DNA of 53,133 nt, counting the filler, from Asterionella formosa (lineage: Eukaryota): the NCBI GenBank assembly GCA_002256025.1. It is 4 parts of 4 records of this genome, joined end to end, with 100 filler letters (N's around TTAATTAATTAA, not from the genome) between each part and the next. Parts side by side here need not be neighbours in the genome. Positions count along the whole stretch, not along the records: positions 39,946 to 53,133 come from NKIB01006888.1; 3 more parts are not named here. The stretch is one strand, 5' to 3'. Each line of letters opens with the position of its first letter. The stretch's first letter is position 1. Shown here piece after piece: positions 47,126 through 53,133 of this stretch. A program made the position numbers and the translations under genes. The notes below the pieces were generated by a model. It worked only from the letters and a program-made list of their open reading frames with translations. It was not told the origin of the DNA and did no database searches.

Positions 47126-47127
47126 TT

Positions 47128-48121
47128 GGTTGCAAAACGAAAATAACTGCTAACGAAAGAATCGGAGTGATGCTTATTGCCTGTGTTGTCATGGCATGTG
47201 ATGCTGGAATCAAAATCTGCCGAGAAGAAAGTGGTATGACCAATCAAGAAATTCGAAACTTTCAAGGTCTATTCGAAGGGATGCTCTGCTACAATGCCTG
47301 GTTTAGTAAAGAGAGCTATAATGTGGGAAATTTACCACAGGAACACCAAAGCGTTGTCAACTATTTTACCAAGCTGGTAAAAGAATGCCCGAGAACAACA
47401 ACCTCTCAGGGATGGAAGCTTGCGAAGTTTCATCAACAGATGCATACTGTAAGAAACATTCATCGTTTCGGAAGTCCACAGGTTTTTAATGGAGGCCCAA
47501 TGGAAAAGAATCTTAAATTCTTGTGTAAATTACCAGCCAGGACTTCCCAGAAACGCAAAGATGTGATGGATATTCAAAGTGGGGCGAGAATGGTGGAGAA
47601 CATGGTGATCGGAACCGCTTGTAGTCAGTTTCTTGGCGAAGATATTGGAGAATTACAATACAAGTTGGAAGCTGTCCCAGTTGACATTGGAATTGTGAAA
47701 TCCAAAACAGGAGGTACTCGATATTCTCTTCTGATTGAAGAAGATGGAAATGGAGAAACAGAAGTTGAGTCAATTGTGCTTGGCCAGATCTACGGTTTTA
47801 TTGAATCCGGATTGGGTCTGTCTTCGATCAATTTCACTGGCTGATCCAAGATTACCATCATCCTTGAGAAATCAAAGCCCCGGTGTCTTTGCAATTATTC
47901 ACTACTGTAAATATGCCTCAGAACCTTTGAACAACTACTCAAGGTTGCTGTTAGGGCCTGATCTCACATTGGATCGACATGGAAACAAAGGACTTTTGTT
48001 TGCTCCCATGGATTGCATTCATTCTCCTGCTGTTGCTGTTGTTCCTAATTTAGGAGCCACTCCATGTAAGGTGATTCAAATCAAGCCGCATTCTGCCTTG
48101 GCATCCCTATTCCATTCTTGA
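47128..48121 (+). pseudogene. Plavaka (CACTA/EnSpm-related) transposase C-terminal half
   Basis: GWKLAKFHQQMHTVRNIHRFGSPQVFNGGPMEKNLKFLCKLPARTSQKR matches the K.H...H....I..FG......G..E..H...K pattern. The tail reads CIHSPAVAVVPNLG. 5' part replaced by the copia element. Confidence 0.75.
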
Positions 48122-48333
48122 TCTGCTGGATGATACGATTGCATAAAGCAATCTATGAAAGAAATGTTTAGAAAAAATGGTGGATAAAGATGTGGAAACG
48201 ATTAAAATGACTACAAAACCAAGAACAAACAGGGGAAGTAAGGTAACATACAATTATCAATTTTTATCGAAATCATTAATCTCCTTGATTGATTAGTAAG
48301 GTAGTAGGAGATGCTAAACATTCACTCATATAC

Positions 48334-51300
48334 TCACAATGCAGATTCATAGTCAGAATCAATCACTTTGGACTGGTCCTCCTCATCTAACTTGGATTCC
48401 GATTTTTCACCACCAGTAGAGGTTTCACAAGCAGCTAGTTGAGGACACAGCAGAAGACGAGGTTTCAGAGGAGGATGGGGTTGTAGATTGAGAACGTAAA
48501 AGAGTCTCGCCATTGGCAGGGACATGGATGAGAACTTTTCCTGGGATGGAAACATTCTCAGAGAGAATGGAATATTTTTGAAGGCCTTCTTTGGGCATTG
48601 TATTACCTTTTTCTTTTTGAGCAACATTAACTTCATTCTTTGCAAAGAAAGGTGGGACAGTAGGTTGGATTATTTTAACAGATTTTTCAACAGATTTGAG
48701 AAATTCCAAAGAAGGACCATCCTCGGAGACATTGGAACTATCTCCGTCTTGGATTTGTGTATTCAGCTTGTTGGTGTGCTTTGTTGGAAGAACAGGTTCG
48801 GTTACCGGTTTGACATGCCTGATCCTTCTGGAGAATAAGAAGTCTACCCTTCGTGACCTCATTATCCTTGTTGTCAACCGCAGGTACCTTCACATCTGAT
48901 TTCCGAAGAGACTTGAGAAATTCCAAAGAAAGAACATCCTCTGAGACAATGGAAATATCTTCGTCGTCTTTGCCTTGCGGAATCACCCTCCTGGTGATAT
49001 GCTTTGTTGGAGGCACAGGTTTCTGACCAGGTTTGACATGATCCTGCTGTGGAGAGATAGAATGTGGGAGCTTGATCATAGACCAGGTTTCACCTAGAGT
49101 TTCATCTGGTTTCCTATCTCGCTGGAGGGTAAGATGTGGACCCTTCTCGACCTGCTTATGATCCTTGTTGTTGACCCCAGGCAACTTCATATTCGATTTT
49201 TCAACAGACTTGAGAAATTCCAAAGAAGGACCAGCCTCTGAGGCATCCTCTGAGGCGATGGAAATATCTTCCTCGTCTTTGCCTTGTCGAATAGTCTTGG
49301 TGGTGTGCTTTGTTAAGGCCACAGGTTTGAGGGCAGGGTCTACTAATACTGGGTGTGGTCGATGAACAAAAACCACAGTGGCATTGCCACTGTTTTCCTT
49401 GCGCGCAATTTTCTCTGATTGAACTGCTGATTCAAAAACTGAATCATGAGTATTTGAATCATAATTCTTGGCGCTCTAGTCAAATCTCAAGTGGACAGGA
49501 TTTTTGACTGGACTAGGAATATTGTTAAGCAAAGCTGGTGGCGGAGTTGGGACCACAGCTTCTTTGGCCTTTACAATGTTCTTTTCCTTGGAAGAAATCA
49601 AGGTTTCTTGCTCGATGTTTTTACGCACCTCATCGTTAATGTTAGACAAAGGTGGTGAAGGTAGGCCTGAACATCAACAATTCTCTTGGAGTCAGCCCTG
49701 TTGGAAACGCCAAAAGTATGGTCTTGAAAACTGTGCATCCACTTTGCACTCTCTTCCACACCCTTGTTCCCAATGAGAGGCAACTTGCTATTACTTTTCG
49801 TCAAATCTTCATTTGACGATGTTTGACGATGGGGACACACTTGTTCCGCATACTGCAAGCACTCCTGACGAAATTAGTGGTAGGCTGCATCAGCCTGATA
49901 GAGCAAGCTTGAAATATTTGCTGTGTTAGTGACACCCTTGAAACTGCCTTGAGAGCTGAACCTTTGAGTGGTGATTGATCGGCGTGAACCAAGAGTTCCT
50001 GCTAGGTCAAATTGTTTCGACCTTCTCCCATGGTGGGACAGGATGAGTTCCAGCTTGATTACATTCTGGTTACTTTTGTCAAAATTGACAACAGAAGGTA
50101 GTTCAGGATTGACACAATGGAGGAGGTCATTCTTTGAGGCACTACTTGCCTTGTTTGCCTCTCTACTATCATCATCTGTTAGACTAATCACATAATTGTC
50201 CTTGGAAGAAATTCGTGATTTCTTGGAAATAGAACTAGAGGAGGCCAGGTAGCCTTCGGCCGTTTCTTGATTATTGGCACAGCAACTTGTTTGGACTCCG
50301 GTTTGTAGACCATGTTGCTGGATGTGGAAGCTGATTTGGAATCCGGTTTGGATACTTTTTCCCTGATTATGGCAGCTGGTTTAGAGTCTGGTTTCGATAC
50401 TTTTTTGCTGGAAATCGCGGCTGGTTTGCAGTCCGATTCAGATTCTTCGCAAGGATTGAGTTAGTTACAGGCATTGATGCAACATCTCGGCTCCTGGCTG
50501 TTGACTTTGCAGCGTTGCTTGTAAGCACCTGCCTTGGATGTGACGGCTTTGGTAGTAGCATCATGCTTGGAAGTAGCCTTGGCAGAAGGCTTGAGTGCAA
50601 CAGCTTTCGCAGCAACAGTTCTTGGAGGAGCCTTCATCCTTGTCTTTGCAGCTTTCTTTGGAACACTCTTCTGAAACACTCGGGATTGTGTTGATCCTGC
50701 TGTAACTATAGAAGCAGCCTTCTGCAAAGTGCCTCTGTTTGCACGCTTTCCGAGCGCATAAGAAGGAGCTTCGAAGCGGGCATACTTTGATCTGATAGCT
50801 GCCTTCGCATTCATCACCTCTGTCAGGCGATGAATGCAAAAAAAGAAATGTGTGAATGAAGAAATGAATATGAATACAGCATCTATTATAAAAGAACATA
50901 CCTTTTGGTTGTTGCTTGTAGATGAAACCCCCAATTGGAAGAAACATCTAGTACACATAGGCTTGCTCTTCCAATTGACAATCAAGAAGATCATAATGAG
51001 TGGCTGAATGAAGACTCCCAGCTAAATTTTTTCGCAAACGCACGATAGGAAAGGTTTCGAAATTTGCTGATTCTGGCATATCAGGTCCATAATTGTATGA
51101 ATCAACATCGCCATTGTTCTTGTTGCTCCCATCATGAAGAAGGTTTTCAAGAGGATGATTGATCCTGTCCATCCAAGGAATAGGATTGCAGTGTATAAAT
51201 CCCAAGGATTTATACCACTCAACCGCATTGCCCAGCACCTGCGCAAAAACTGGTTGATTTTGGGAAGGACATCCTGGGTATGCACAGTTCCAGGCCTCTT

Positions 51301-52155
51301 CATCGATACAAAGACGAGTAGCAGCTTGGATCAGCAATTGAACCATGCCACGTTCTTTGTACTTGTGCAAATCATGGGTTGAGTTATGATTACTTGTCAC
51401 CAGATAGTGAATACAAGCAATAGGAGTTGGAAACTCTTTTTGCTCCACAACAACCGTAGCTATGGGCTTGAGCTTCTTCTCGAAGTTGTCCCTCTCTTCA
51501 ATGGTAATGACGAAGTTGCCATGAAGTTTCTTCTGGAGCTGATTTGCGTATAAATCTTGGTTAGCAACAACGGAATGCCAATCATTACCAAAAGATTTGG
51601 ACAAGAAAGTCATAATCTCATTGATCTCCAAAGGGATTTTAGAGGTGCGTGGCGAAGGCAAGGTGTCAAGGGGAATTTGGGTGATCCTAACTTTCCACTT
51701 GTAGTGCCTATCATCAGCATCAGGGTCACGTACATTGATGCAACCAATGTACAATCTTCCTAAAGCCTCAAGACTTTTGCTCACATGAGTGAAAAATTGA
51801 AGAAAATAGAGCAGTGGATAATCCACATGAGTCCTGTATCCCTCGCAGATCAGACTCATAGACTCAGGACTGAAGGGGACCAACCAATAGCGTTGAGGGA
51901 GAAAGGACTCATTCTCATACGCGTTGATCAATCGAAGATAGAGTTTCTTCATGGACAATTCAGGATCTCTCTGGAAATCCTTGAACATACAAATCTCTCA
52001 AGTAACTTTTCCATACTGTCGCAAGTACTCTTAAACTGGTCAGTAGTGAAAGGAACACTGAAATTCGTCTTGATATGGTAATGAGGATACATAGTATCAT
52101 CATCACCACCATACTGAGCCCTGTGATCCTCGAAAGGACAGAAGCCATCGCACAT
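48334..52155 (-). pseudogene. Large spliced gene: GNAT acetyltransferase-like domain, Lys/Ala-rich basic region, low-complexity tail with three internal repeats
   Basis: CIHYLVT...YKERGMVQLLIQ...NAVEWYKSLGF (GNAT motifs A/B). Reading through TAG 50948-50950 and splicing GT-AG intron 50820-50901 joins in frame to EVMNAKAAIR...KKAAKTRMKAPP. SLEFLKS repeats at 48690-49270. Several stops and frameshifts. Confidence 0.6.
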
Positions 52156-52677
52156 CTTGGCTGGTCTGTTCTTGACCGAGAAAGAAGTCTCGAAGGGAGA
52201 ATGTAAGAAGAGATTAGGAGAGTAACGCAAATGTTGCGAAAAAGTACGATTATTAGAGAAATATAGAGTCACGTGAGGATGGCTGGCAGTTTTTCTGTTC
52301 CGGCAAACAGGCAGGAAGCCAGTAGTAGCTAGTTGCAATATTTTTGTGTCCGAATCCTACCTGCATCTAGTACCTACTAGGTAAATAGTACAAGATGCAC
52401 AAATACTCGGATGTACTATATACAATACCTAGTAGCTACTAGTAGCAAGTACTTTTACTGTCGCGCCATTCAGTAACTGTTGAATTTTGAAGGTGATGAG
52501 CGATGCTTGATTATTACTAGTGTAGCAGTCTACCGGTAGACCGGTAGACTAGCAACAATTGCCATTTGCAATATCAGCCAAAGGGAAAATGTCCACTTTT
52601 GCGAATAAATGGGTGATCAATCAGTGATTGTTCGAGATCCAATTCCTATAAATCTCTGGCAAGCTATTTCGGATATC

Positions 52678-52965
52678 ATGTCAAAATATATTCAGGAGCT
52701 GTCTCAGGCTGAGGCTTCTTCTGCATCTGACAGTGAAAGCGACAATGGAGTCTCTATTCCTTGAATAGAGAACAGCGATTTCTTCAGTGATGAGGATGAA
52801 ACTCTCATTTTATCAATTGATAATAAGAAAAACATTTCGACTATTTCTGATCACAAGGGAATTGAAACAAACCTTTCCTTAGAGTTTCTTCAATCTGAGT
52901 TGAAGAAAAGTAGAAAGGAGTTTGAAGAGCTTCGTGAAGTAACGGAGAAGCATGTCGGTGATATT
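52678..52965 (+). pseudogene. Degraded acidic/coiled-coil ORF divergent from the GNAT gene
   Basis: MSKYIQELSQ...IP*IENSDFFSDEDE...LSLEFLQSELKKSRKEFEELRE, ending at a gtaagt donor-like site. Confidence 0.35.
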
Positions 52966-53133
52966 GTAAGTGAAGTGTTTCTGACGAGGTTTTTTCATTG
53001 TTGGTTTTGGAGAATTGTTGGGATGTCTGGTTGCATAAGGCAATGATGAAAGGTCATGAAGATGATACTACTCCTGCACCAAAATACGTTTATACCGGTT
53101 CTGGAGGACAGGGAAAGAGATATGGGGACTGGG

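Overview
This is a eukaryotic draft scaffold, most likely from a diatom. That is an inference from the CoDi-type copia elements, diatom-style TM-LRR and TM-PDZ genes and short GT-AG introns. Three assembly gaps carry an artificial TTAATTAATTAA linker. Apparently intact host genes are few: an AFG3/FtsH m-AAA protease (15289-17739), a 3-exon membrane LRR protein (11007-12751, -) and a mucin-like membrane protein with a C-terminal PDZ domain (32474-35782, -). There are also two glycosyltransferase-like genes flanking a gap, a 5'-truncated CDK10/11-like kinase and two LRR pseudogenes. Most of the rest is transposon debris: four pieces of one gypsy family with a 195-bp LTR, three copia (CoDi-like) pieces, two non-LTR 3' ends, and pogo-, Mutator-, piggyBac-, Plavaka- and tyrosine-recombinase-like relics. 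The most notable signals are (i) DNA transposase relics each sitting beside an accessory gene (GNAT plus histone-H1-like tail next to Plavaka, HIRAN-like inside pogo, P2RX7-C-like next to Mutator, 2OG-Fe dioxygenase next to piggyBac) and (ii) a gypsy family with an apparent Tf1-like self-priming PBS and a conserved CCAGGTACC 3' flank. All family assignments come from motif recognition by eye, not from database searches.
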